Assembly (NCBI RefSeq): GCF_006345805.1
Contig: NC_043001.1
Coordinates: 119,288,001-119,352,000 of the forward strand
Origin: Octopus sinensis
Lineage: Eukaryota
DNA length: 64,000 nt
Direction: 5' to 3'
The notes under the pieces: model-generated
Told to the model about the DNA's origin: nothing
Databases searched by the model: none
The model's input: the letters and a program-made list of their open reading frames with translations, nothing else
Position numbers and translations under genes: made by a program
In this document: positions 49,929 to 61,453 of the stretch, one piece after another
Position numbering within the stretch: position 1 is the stretch's first letter
Layout of the letters: every line of letters starts with the position of its first letter

Positions 49929-50270
49929 GAAGGCGCATGGCTCAGTGGTTAGAGCGTCGGGCTTACGATCGTGAGGTTGTGAGCTCGAATCCCGGACCGG
50001 GCTGCGTGTTGTGTTCTTGAGCAAGGCACTTTATTTCACGTTGCTCCAGTTCACTCAGCTGTAGAAATGAGTTGCGACGTCACAGGTGCCAAGCTGTATC
50101 GACCTTTGTCTTTCCCTTGGATAACACTGGTGGCGTGGAAAGGGGAGGCTGGTATGCATGGGCGACTGCTGGTCTTCCATAAACAACCTTGCCCAGACTT
50201 GTGTCTAGGAGGGTAACTTTCTAGGTGCAATCCCATGGTCATTCATGACCGAAGGGGGTCTTTACCCTTT
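49929..50270 (+). mobile_element. Full-length tRNA-derived SINE family B (CORE-like centre; recalls octopus OR-type SINEs) in (TA)n
   Basis: A box tggctcagtgg, B box gctcgaatcc, core tgtgttcttgagcaaggcacttt, tail tttacccttt. Confidence 0.9.
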
Positions 50271-50280
50271 TATATATATA

Positions 50281-50340
<60 letters not shown>

Positions 50341-50363
50341 CTATATATCTATCTATCTCTCTA

Positions 50364-50446
<83 letters not shown>

Positions 50447-50454
50447 TGAATCAT

Positions 50455-50831
50455 TATGTGTTTCAGCCGTTAGAGTGTGGCTATGCTGAGGCACCGCCTT
50501 GAAGGATTTTAAGTCGAATGAACCTACCCTAGTAGTCATATTTTTCAAGCCTGTTACTTAAACTGTCATTCTCTCTTGCCCATCCGTTAAGTTACGGGGA
50601 GGTAATTACGCCAACACCGGCTGTCAAGCTGTGGTATGGGACAAACACATACATACACACATACACGCACATTTATACGACAGGCTTCTTTCAGTTTCCG
50701 ACTACCTAATCCACTCACAAGGCCCGAGGCTATTGTAGAAGACACTTGCCCAAGGTGTCATACAATAGGACTGAGCCCGGGACCACGTGCTTGGGAAGCA
50801 AGCTTCTAACTACACAGCCACTCCTGCACCT
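50455..50831 (-). mobile_element. Composite SINE family C element
   Basis: Minus head taggtgcaggagtggctgtgtagttagaagcttgcttccc...; homologous to 14471-14597. Confidence 0.8.
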
Positions 50832-50989
50832 ACACATAAGCGTAAGACCGAACTCACGACTCGATACCATTAGAAACTACCCGTCCAGACTCCATTTAAT
50901 GTGGATACTCTAACAACGATTTGGAGTAAATTGTTATACGTGACTAGAATGGAAAACTCTGGCACCATGCACCGCTTCCTAGCGTAATA

Positions 50990-51059
<70 letters not shown>

Positions 51060-51061
51060 CT

Positions 51062-51572
51062 CTTCATATCTCTTTCCCCGTCTGTCTTGATAGACAATGG
51101 GTTGCGCCAAGGGTGGGGCCTACTTTGATGACGTGCAGCGTCTGCTGTGACTGAACAGTCCAATTCTAGAGTGGCAGTCCTTGGTACATTTGCTGCACAC
51201 GAACATCGATGGGTACGTGTGGGGTGTTGCTGCAGTTGTCCTCCTCCTGTCCCGCCTGTCCAACCACAGCTGTGCTCTCCTCTCCTCAGCCATGGAAACG
51301 CCTTTCCTCACCGTCCGACGCCAGGCAGAGCGGTCAGCAGCTGTTTCCTCCCACGTGACCACACAGATGTTGGCAGTCCTCAGGTCGCGCTTGCACACGT
51401 CCCTGTATCGTAGCTGTGGACGTCCCTTGGGTCGGGATCCCGTGGTGAGTTCGCTGTACAGGATGTCTTTAGGCATGCGACCGTCCTGCATGCGGCAGAC
51501 GTGTCCGAGCCAGCGCAGTCGTCTCCGCACGAGGAGGGCATACATGCTTGGCATATTAGTCTGTTCAGGAGG
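51062..51572 (-). mobile_element. 3' end of an RTE-clade LINE between (TA)n tracts
   Basis: RRRLRWLGHVCRM..GRMPK.ILYSEL..G.RPKGRPQLRYRD, terminal C2H2 CSKCTKDCHSRIGLFSHSRRC*, short 3' UTR. Confidence 0.93.
51120..51554 (-). CDS. Uninterrupted C-terminal fragment of the RTE retrotransposon ORF (not a host gene)
   Basis: 144-aa open frame with RTE C-terminal motifs. Confidence 0.7.
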   Translation of the reverse strand: MPSMYALLVRRRLRWLGHVCRMQDGRMPKDILYSELTTGSRPKGRPQLRYRDVCKRDLRTANICVVTWEETAADRSAWRRTVRKGVSMAEERRAQLWLDRRDRRRTTAATPHTYPSMFVCSKCTKDCHSRIGLFSHSRRCTSSK

Positions 51573-52614
51573 GCATATATATATATATGTGTGTACAGGT
51601 CAACTTTCCCTTTAAGTTGCACCAAATACATTACTGAGTTATGGTTTTTATCTTTTAATTTTTAGTGGTAGCGTTGGTTACCTAGCGAGAGAGTGTCGTA
51701 ATAGTGTAGTCAGTATAACTGTTAGATTCATGAAGTTTGCTAATGGTCCAGACAGTCACACACACACACACGCACACACACGCACGCACGCATTCACACG
51801 AACATATTGTATATATCCTGATCGGTTTTCCTTTTGCACACGTTGTACTGAATACACAGCTGTTTTCTTGGTCTTATTTTTAATGCATGGTGAGTCTGCT
51901 GGAGTGCGTCCTTATAGGATGACCAAAACAATTGTTAGTGTTTCTAACTCTCCCGTTCACAGTCCCATTTATAAAGCGCATTGGTCATTAGTAGTTTGTT
52001 GGTGGATTTAACTGTTTTTGGTCTATAGTCGTTGAGTAGGTTTTCAATTTTAGTATTTTCTATTCATTCTGTGTTCTGTTTTATAAAGTTTTGATAATGT
52101 TCGCCTAGTCTATAGTTACTGAGTATTTCAGTCACATGATACATCTTATACGTGGTTTCTGTGTTTCTAAAAGATCTGGTATCAAATGTATTTATTGTGG
52201 TATATTTATCCTTCCTTTGTTCAATGACTTGCTATAAAAGATTATTAGAATATTTGCTCTTGACTAATGCTTTTTTTCCCTCTGGATTTCTTTATTATCT
52301 TGTGCTGCGTTTCTAAAGGAGAATCTAAATGCACTTTCAACAAGGGGTTTTGCAATGCACTACATCACACAACACAAAACAAAATTATACAGGAAGACAT
52401 TTGTAAAAATAAAAACGTGTATATTCTTTGGAATCTCCCATAAAAATAGAGAATGGTGGAAACAGTTGATATAACATAGTGCAATGCTAAACGAAACATA
52501 GATAACATACGTTACAAACAACAAAAATAACTGACTAACCATAAAAATAAACCTAACCATAAAAATTCGGTGATGGATGTCTACACCAATTACATTAACT
52601 TTGCCTACTACATA

Positions 52615-52621
52615 TAATAAT

Positions 52622-52662
<41 letters not shown>

Positions 52663-52715
52663 TAATAATAATAATAATAACAACAATAATAATAATAATA
52701 ATAACAATAAAAATG

Positions 52716-52755
<40 letters not shown>

Positions 52756-52792
52756 CAATAATAATAATAATGACAATAAAAATGATAATAAC

Positions 52793-52836
<44 letters not shown>

Positions 52837-52873
52837 CAATAATAATAATAATGACAATAAAAATGATAATAAC

Positions 52874-52934
<61 letters not shown>

Positions 52935-52954
52935 TAATAATAATAATAATAATA

Positions 52955-52995
<41 letters not shown>
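52615..52995. repeat. (AAT)n array with 81-bp higher-order repeat
   Basis: Variant block gacaataaaaatgataataac recurs at 52772 and 52853, with a related block at about 52703. Confidence 0.9.
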
Positions 52996-52998
<3 letters not shown>

Positions 52999-53541
52999 GT
53001 ATAGGCACACACCAGAAATAGTAATAATAATAATGGTATAGGCACACACCAGAAAAGGTCACAGAAAACGAGAAAGCAACCATACTCTGGGATATGCCGA
53101 TACACACAGATAGAGAAATTAAGGCCAACAGACTAGATATAGTTGTCAGAGATCATGAAGAAAAAAAATGCTTTCTAATTGATGTATCAATACCGGCAGA
53201 TGACAACGTGTCTCTAAAAGAAATGGAGAAACTCTCAAAATACAAAGACCTGGAAATAGAGGTAACTAGAATGTGGAATCTGAAAACAGAAACAATTCCT
53301 ATCATAGTAGGTGCATTAGGCATGATAAAAAAATATTCAGACAAATACATAACAAAAACACCAGGACTTACAAACACATATAACATACAGAAAATTGCAC
53401 TACTAGGCACTGCACACATCCTACGCAGAACACTTTCCATACATAACCATCAGAGCATCACAACAAATCACAGCACATACCCAAGGCACACAGAGCTGCG
53501 CTCGGTAGTGAAGTGAAAGCACGCTATAAAAATAAAACTAT

Positions 53542-53545
<4 letters not shown>
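52996..53545 (+). mobile_element. Short 5'-truncated young R4/Dong copy, nearly identical to 5489-6001
   Basis: Same sequence with about 6 differences, including RPD to RLD and a 1-bp deletion at the stop; flanked by (AAT)n. Confidence 0.95.
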
Positions 53546-53576
<31 letters not shown>

Positions 53577-53626
53577 TACATCGGAAAATACCTTAGGAAT
53601 GAGAACCCAGGTTCGAATTTCCCCAA

Positions 53627-53672
53627 GACACCTGATGAAGGCCGGAGGGCATATCAGCCGAAACGTTCTGTT
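53627..53672 (+). ncRNA. Minimal hammerhead ribozyme motif (slightly degenerate) in a Penelope-like short repeat (about 53580-53750)
   Basis: GACAC-CUGAUGA-A-GGC...GCC-GAAACGUU-CUGUU; core intact, first stem I pair mismatched. Confidence 0.65.
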
Positions 53673-53989
53673 AACAACAAACAAGATGAGGAGAAATATC
53701 CGTCAAATGTAAATAATGTACATAATTCTTCACCTCTTAGATGTAGAACTGTTTTACTTTTTGTTCTTCAATTTGGCAAAACCTCTTGACGCCACATGCC
53801 GTAAAATGTTGTGGCAAATAATTCAGACACTTGGCATTCCGTCAAATTCATTGCCGAAATCTGCACTCCTCATGACAACATGGAGGGATCAGTAGTATCA
53901 AACTTAGCTGCATGAATATGATTTTAGTTAAAAACAGCTGTGAGAGAAGGCGAAAGCTTTACATTAGCTCTCTTCTCACCATAAATCTT

Positions 53990-54260
53990 TTCACTCCTCA
54001 GGCTAAGAAACTATTGAAAAGCTAGAGAAAATGACAGAATCTATCAACTTGGTTGAAAATTCTGTGAATGAGACAGGAAAAAGTATTAGAGACTTCAGAC
54101 GAGAATGAGTAGGCTTGCCACCATTGTTGAAAAATCACCAACGATCCTGTGCAGAGAAGATCGCCAATTTTTTCAAATCTGGGTTTTCATAGTCACCTAA
54201 GAACTCATACTAGAAGACGAAATACAATAATAAAATTGGATTGGGAGAGAAAATCTACAA
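53990..54260 (+). mobile_element. Old RTE 3'-end relic
   Basis: SNLGFHSHLRTH C2H2-like terminus. Confidence 0.5.
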
Positions 54261-54707
54261 CAGCAAATTCTACTACTACTACTACTTGTTATCTTCACCT
54301 ATCCCTCCACCTCAGTGAAATTAGCTACGATCTTTAAAATGACTGAATGTCCACCATTACGTAACTGCTTTATAAATAATTAAATAACCGCCAAAATTAT
54401 TTGACAATTTACAGCCAATTTATCGACTGGTGGACTTTTAGCAATTATTTATTCACCGTTTTATCATTCAAAATATTCTTCAGGGAGAAGACAATGTGTT
54501 TATTCTATTTTTATTATAATTATTTTTTATTTTTTTAATTTTCCACGCGTATCTCCTTTCCCCCGTCCCACACCCACCAATAATGAATATTTTATTGAAT
54601 CTGTTCTTGACACCAGATAAAAATCTCACTCCACTTTTGCAGGAAACATTTTGAAATAGTTAATACTTCGCCACTATTTTCTAACCCTTAATGTGTGCCT
54701 GTAAGTA

Positions 54708-54752
<45 letters not shown>

Positions 54753-55379
54753 ATGCGCGCCTGTGTGCGTGCGTGTATTGCTCTGTGTGTGTGTGGGGGT
54801 GGTGTAAGTATCTGTGTGTGTTTTTTGCTTGCATATATATCCTGTGTCCGCAATATTTTGCCACTATTTTCTAGCACTTTGTGAGTGTGTCTGTATGTCT
54901 GTTTCTGTGTGTGTGTGTGTATTTGTATGCATGTATGTCTGTGTCCGCGGATTTCTCCGTAATTTTAAACAAAACCCATTCCTTTTCTCATTTTGCATCG
55001 ATATCCACCATTAATAATTCTGTAATGTGTTGTTTTTCTCACATTAATCTGTGAATACTTACTTGTGATGTTTTACTCCCAGTCATCTGTGAATACATTA
55101 CTTAACCGAAAGTAACGTTCACGATCGATCTTTGAATGTTTTATTACATCGTTTTCATTAATGACGTTCAGTACTAGACAATTTGTATGTTGGGTGATGG
55201 CAGGAGAGTGGAGGAAAGCGAGACAACCCTCCGAGTTGATGGTCTGCGACTAAATGTTGGAAATCGGTTTGACACATAAGATATAAGGTGTGAAAAGTTC
55301 CTTTGTTGTTTCACTATTACTCATAATAGCTTCTATGTAAAGAAAGTATTTCCCCAAATGCGATGGGAAACGGTGTAAT

Positions 55380-55660
55380 ACGAACTGGACTTGGGGATGG
55401 GTTCGTATATGCATGTATCTCTTACGTGATAGTCGAGGATGGCTTCTATGTTGTTATAGAGATTTTTTGATGGTTTAATCAGAGAAAGGAGGGATGGTCG
55501 GTGCCTGTGATTCTGTGCAAGCCCTCGAGTTGGAAGGAAGGCATGAGTTGATGTTTGGACACCTAGCCTGAACGCTTCCAACGCTAAAAGCTCCTGGTGG
55601 CCGAGTGGTGGTTTCAAATAAAGCGGCAAATTCTGCGTGAAATAGCTGCCAAATTTCCTT
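55380..55660 (-). mobile_element. Possible old CR1/L2 RT relic
   Basis: NHRHRPSLLSLIKPSK resembles NYRPISLLSxxSK. Confidence 0.35.
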
Positions 55661-56676
55661 CAATGTACACTAGCCATCTTAGAAAAGGACACACTGAATA
55701 TTAAAACGGTCGTAGCTGGAATTCCTTCCAACTTAAGTTTGCTCTGTATGGGCTGTTTCAAACCATACAGAAAAATAACTTTGATTGACTAAGGATAGGA
55801 GGCATCGTCATTATTTTCAAGAATAAACGTGGACGAGTTCCTGATACGATCTATTAACCAGTAATCTATTTTACCACAACATATCAAGTACCTCACTGTC
55901 TACATACTTTATTTATTTACTACAATCGTTTGCTCATGTTCTTCTTGATCTTACTATTAAACCCGTTTACTCATTTCTCACTTTCGCCGTCCATGACCTG
56001 AACACTTCATCGAAAGACTTGTGTCTAAACCTTCTGACTTTCCCTCCTCATGCCAACTATTGACACCTACAAACTCACTTGCATTCTTTCGAGACAAAGT
56101 AAGGTTGCCGACACAGAAAAAAGAATGGGTATGTCTGTAGTAGAGTAACATGAAGGATGAGCGCAATGCAATTTCAAACTTAAGAGGAGTATCTGTCCTC
56201 CTTCTTGGAAGAGTAGAACTACTTTAATGGAGGAGATGTATATTAGAATAGTGGTAAAAGGGTTACGGAAGAAACACATATCCCATCTACTGATGAACCA
56301 ATGATTATTTTTGTTTATTCATGCAGCACTTTAAAAAACAAGCCTACCATGACTGGTATTCTAGCCACGAAACCATCCCACTTTTTCCTTTTTGTGCAAG
56401 GTTATATTGTCCAACGTATCCGTCCAATTTTTTTAAAACCAGAGGGTGTAATATGACAAATATTTAGCTGATACTTTTAGCAGATCAAGCGACCACATAG
56501 AGAGTTACTCGTTAGTTTGTTTTCTGTACGCTTGTGATTAAGTCTTTGCTCATGACCGCTGAATTTATTTTGAATACATGATGTTAGGTTAGTATATTAA
56601 AACACTTTTCTCTCTCGTTTGGCACCCTCTTCCTGAAGTATTCCAACATTTACTACCTAATTTTCATGGAAAAATG

Positions 56677-56714
<38 letters not shown>

Positions 56715-57278
56715 CAGATATATACATAAACACAAATATACTCATACACACACACAATACATGCAATACATACAATATATGCACATTTACATTTGCATAT
56801 ATATATGTATATAAATATGCATATACATACACACATACATGCATAAATACATACATATACTTATATATAAAGCATCAAAATTATTTGTGAGTGTATATGT
56901 TTGAGAGAGAGAAAGAGAGAGAGAGAGGGAGAGAGAGAGAGAGTGACTGAGTGTGTAGGTCTTCCCTTTGTAACGTATATTTACCTCTTATATAGATTTC
57001 CATCCCAAGGCGTGAAGTCAGCCTCTTAGATGTTTCTCTGTTTATTGTTTATTCCAACATTCTCGTTTGTTTTCTTTCGCAGTGATTTTATTATACAAGA
57101 TGAACTTCGAAAGCGGACGATACTCGAGTTACGTGTATACTGGGCTAAATGAATTTCTGTATTCAGTTATGTTATATTCCGTTCTGAGTTCAAATCTCTG
57201 ATGATAATGAGATTAAATAAGCTTTATTTTACATTTATCCACGTGTAATGGAATGGTACCAGTGATATGTGTACCCAG

Positions 57279-57468
57279 AAGGCAGCGAGCAGACAGAATC
57301 GCTAGCCCGTAGTGCACAATGTTTAGCGGTATTTCGACCGTCTTTATTTTATGAGTTCAAATTCCACGCGGTCGATAAAATATAAGTATCAACTGAACAC
57401 TGGGTCGATGTTATCGACTTAACCCCTACTCCAGAAATTGCTGGCCTTGTGCCAAAATTTGAAACCAA
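57279..57468 (+). mobile_element. SINE family A copy (internally deleted)
   Basis: aaggcagcgagcagacagaatcgctagc...gagttcaaattcc...gtcgataaaatataagtatc...ggccttgtgccaaaatttgaaa. Confidence 0.8.
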
Positions 57469-57524
57469 TGTTACGTGTATCCATCTGATCTGTTAAGCAC
57501 TTCAGACGCCGCGGAAGTAGCTTA

Positions 57525-57965
57525 TATGTGATCGCTTGATCTAAAAATAAGAGATCAGATCTTATGCAAATCATTCCCTACTCTCTTAGAAAGTGGAAGA
57601 ACACATTTGATAATGTTGTCCTAGATACACAGTGTCTGAAAATAAAGAATTAAGGTGCAATATCAACACCTAGAATGTCTTTAATTATAGGTATGCTTGA
57701 TCAGTGTTGACTGGGGCTAATCAATACCTCCATAAAAAAAAATAAAAACGGCAAATAAGAAAACAAATTACATATAAGTTTCTACGTGGTCGCTCGATTT
57801 ATTAGAAATAGTAGTTAAGGCTCACTCAAACCACACCCTATCGACTGGAAAATGCAAGGGCACATTACATAATATATACTTGGCTACCCGATAGGATGAT
57901 TGGAGTTAGAACGCCTTTGGTTAAATGTGTATCCTGATTCAACGTTGACCTGGTAGTAAACAGTA
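57525..57965 (+). repeat. Two tandem copies of an old dispersed repeat
   Basis: Shared gtcgct.gat...caaa.ca..cccta...cacatt..ataat...gaa.g.cttt...gttgac.tgg; related relics at about 2670-2820, 33115-33280, 48540-48660, 55670-55750 and 56350-56500 (minus). Confidence 0.55.
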
Positions 57966-58628
57966 GCATCAACATCATACCTACACACAAGACACTATTC
58001 TTGATGCTGGTGAAACAAGATCGATATCAACACGCACCTGTCATCCATTCCTGACTGAAAGATGACATCATACTCGAAGTTGCATCATATGAACCATTAA
58101 AGATTACAAACATAATTGTTTTATTGATTCGAGCAGCGTCAAATAAGTTAGCTCGACCTTGACACGAATCCATCATGAAGCTTCGATTAGGCTAATTGAT
58201 ACTGAATTTCAAAAATAATCATCATTATCATCATTAGCATCATACTCATCATCATTGGCGTCGTCGTCGTCGTCGTCGTCATCAGTGTTGTTATTCAGTA
58301 GTCTTGTTTTTATTGCGTGCTTCCATTGCACCACCGATTGCATATTTGCGCGCTTTGAGTATCTGCAGTATTTCTGTATTGGTTTTCTATTTCTGTTCTA
58401 TTGGAAAAACTCTACATCAGGTGTACGCAGTGTCTTTTAGTGTTATTTTCTTCGAGTTGTGCATATATTTAAGTTATGAAATTTTGGTTGTCTTTTCCTA
58501 CGTGTCTTTTTATTGAATTGCAAATCATCTCTTATTACAGAGATTACTTGTATATCCTCCCAAATTATTCTGGTTAACTACACCTCCACCTAAACTGCTG
58601 GCCATATACCAAAGTTGTTATTGTTATT

Positions 58629-59460
58629 AAGGCGGCGAGCTTGCAGAATCGTTAGCACGCCGGGCGAAATGTTAAGCGGTATTTAGTCCGTCGCTACGTT
58701 CTGAGTTCAAATGCCACCGCGGCCAACCTTACCTTTCATCCTTTCGGGGTCAATAAATAAAGTACCAGCGTAACACTGGGGTCGATGTAATCGACTTACC
58801 CCTCCCTACAAATTTGAGGCCTTGTGCCTCCAGTAGAATGGATTATTATTAAGGCGGGGAGCTGGCAGGATTGTTAGTACGCCGGAGAAAATGCTTAGCG
58901 GTGTTTCGTTTAACTCTACGCTCTGAGTTCAGATTCCGCCGAGGTCAGCTTTACCTTTCATACTTTTGGGATCGATAAAGTACTAGTAAAACACTGGAGT
59001 CGATGTAATCGTCTAGTCCCCTCCCCCACCAAATTTCACGCTTTGTACCTATAGCATAAAGGGTTATTAAGGCGGCGAGCTGGCAGAAAAGTTAGCATGC
59101 CGGGCGAAATGCTTAGCGGTATTTTGTCTGTCGCTACATTCTGATTTCAAATGTCGCCGAGGTCGACTTTGCCTTTCATCCTTTCGGAGTCGATTAAATA
59201 AGTACCAGTTATGCACTGGGGTCGATATAATCGACTTAATCCGTTTGTCTGTCCTTGTTTGTCCTCTCTGTGTTTAGCCTCATGTGGGTAGTAAAGAAAT
59301 AGGTATTTCGTCCGTCTCTACATTCTGAGTTCAAGTTCTGCCGAGGTCGACTTTACCATTCATCCCCTCGAGGTCGACAGAATAAGTACCAGTTGAGCAC
59401 TGGTGTTAAAGTAATCCACTTACGTCTCCCCTGAAATTACTGTAAAAAATGTGAAATCAA
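58629..59460 (+). mobile_element. Head-to-tail array of SINE family A (three full heads plus one headless unit)
   Basis: aaggcgg.gagc heads at 58629, 58851 and 59069; B-box-like gagttcaaa; core gtcgactttgcctttcatcctttcgg.gtcga..aaataagtaccag; fourth unit starts at 59302. Confidence 0.92.
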
Positions 59461-59469
59461 TATTCTGGT

Positions 59470-59645
59470 TAGCTTTTATTTGGAAAATTGCTCTATTTGT
59501 GTAGGAGATGCATGACTACTTGTTGAAAGTGGAACTTCGGTTAGGAAGTATTTCCTTTTCAGGTGGCTATTAACAACAATACCTGGCTGATTAATCGTGA
59601 TCGCCCTGTCTGTGCGAAATTGCGTATACCATACAATAGACAAAT
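59470..59645 (-). mobile_element. Old relic of the R4/Dong endonuclease region
   Basis: IVWYTQFRTDRAITINQPGIVV..KRKYFLTEVPL..IEQFSK aligns with ILWDMPIHTDREIKANRPDIVV..KKCFLIDVSIP..MEKLSK. Confidence 0.75.
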
Positions 59646-61184
59646 TGGGAAACATCAGAGGCATAGGAATTTAAAGTTTAGATCTATACACTTGTGTAAG
59701 AAAAACAGAAAGAAAAACATAAAATATGGGTATAAATAAATTAGCAGCTTAAGGAGCAACAATAAAATCGCCATCCAACGGCATCTCGTTATTTGCTAAC
59801 ACTTACGACAAAAAGAAGTGACTCAACTTGAGCCAACTCAAACAAAACAAGATGATACGTGTCACCAAAAAATACTACTTTGCTGAGCAACTGTATCCAG
59901 GAAAAGACGAAGTAAAAGTTTACATACAGTCTTCTGTTTTCCAAACAACTGAGAGGAATTCCATATTCCCTCAAATGAGGCCTAAACCAATGCGTAACAG
60001 AATATGTTCTCCATCGAGGGTATGGAAAGGAGAGCATATGGAAGTGTATGCATGGTTTTTAGACTAATGACAAGATGAAGATGAATTGCGGAAATAATAT
60101 ATGTTTGCAATTCACAAACTTACCTACCGGCTAATGGCATATTGTGTGAATGAGTTCCAGGGATACTATTATCACGGTAGGAGACATTGGCTCAGATGTC
60201 CACAGCCAGACAGTGGTCACTTTTGAAGAACAATACTAAAATGTAGTGAGTGCAGAGATGTTTGGCAACATATAGTAATTGGTACTCAGTCGATTAAGAC
60301 GATGAGTTTTCCACTAAGTCACGCGTTTTCACAAAAGATAATGACATGGATTACATATAGACATCCAGGTCCTAAAGACCTTTGAAAACTACAAAGATAT
60401 CCCAAATCTGTACTTTATTGAAGGAGTAGTTAGCTCAAACTGTTGCATGATAGAAGACTCAGTTTTCACATGACTCATAGTAAAACACACTTGAGAGCGT
60501 TTGCCTAAAAGAAGAAATGTAGAAGAAAGTAGAGGGCATCAGAGGGCAGCCGAGACAGGAGCATCACAAATAGCAAACCCGAGCGGTGAAAACCACAGCT
60601 GCTGTTACCGCTGGTTTCATAGAATTACCAATTGCAACTCTGGCCGTGGAAATGGCCGGAGATGAAAAATGTGAAAATCATCTTATTTTTAGTGGCAGCA
60701 GTATCAGTAACCGACGACAATCTAGAAGTTAAGTAGGTTATTTATTCAGTAAGGTTTCGGTCCCAGTATCAACACAATGTCTTTCGACGACTGGGAGAAG
60801 TAAGTCAAAAAAGCATAGGAAATTGTTAGAAACAGTAAGAATATGAAAAGGGGAGAGAGAGCGAGCTGAGACCAAAGGCGAACAAGAGGCTAGAAGTCTC
60901 TCCACGAAGAGGCATCTGACACCACGGTGTGCCTATACTTACGGTTCAATGATCCACTAAGCCGGCGTGTGGGATAACAACTCCGTTTCTACGTTTCATC
61001 TCCTCTGCACAATATAGAAAACTGAGAGTTAAGTCGTCAGATGCATGACCTGGCGTTCCATGAATCTCAATATTTGGCTCCTAAAATGCAACTTGTCTTC
61101 ACTGCAAGGTTAAGATTTCTAATAAAATAGGCTTGAACTGCGAAAGTAATTCTGTATTTGGAACATACGGTATATTCTTTTACT

Positions 61185-61453
61185 TGTTTCAATTATTTGA
61201 CTGTGGTCATGCTGGAGCACCACCATCAAGAGTTTTAGTCCAGCAAATCGACCCCAGGACTTATTTTTTAAACTTAGTAATTATATACATACGACAGGCT
61301 TCTTTCAGTTTTCGTCTGACAAATTCACTCACAAGGCTTCGGTTGACCTGAAGCTACAGAAGACACTTTCGCAAGATACCACACAATGGAACTGAACCTG
61401 GAATCATGTGGTTGGGAAGTAAGCTTCTTACCAAACAGCCACTCTTGCGCCTA
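61185..61453 (-). mobile_element. Composite SINE family C element
   Basis: Minus head taggcgcaagagtggctgtttggtaagaagcttacttccc; same layout as 50455-50831. Confidence 0.8.

Noticed and set aside
49929-50002. tRNA gene
   Set aside because: A and B boxes continue into a SINE body and the acceptor stem does not close; the same holds for 41733 and 24095.
51860-51895. 30-nt hydrophobic microexon ending at a strong GTGAGT donor
   Set aside because: No start codon context or partner exons; signals alone are insufficient.
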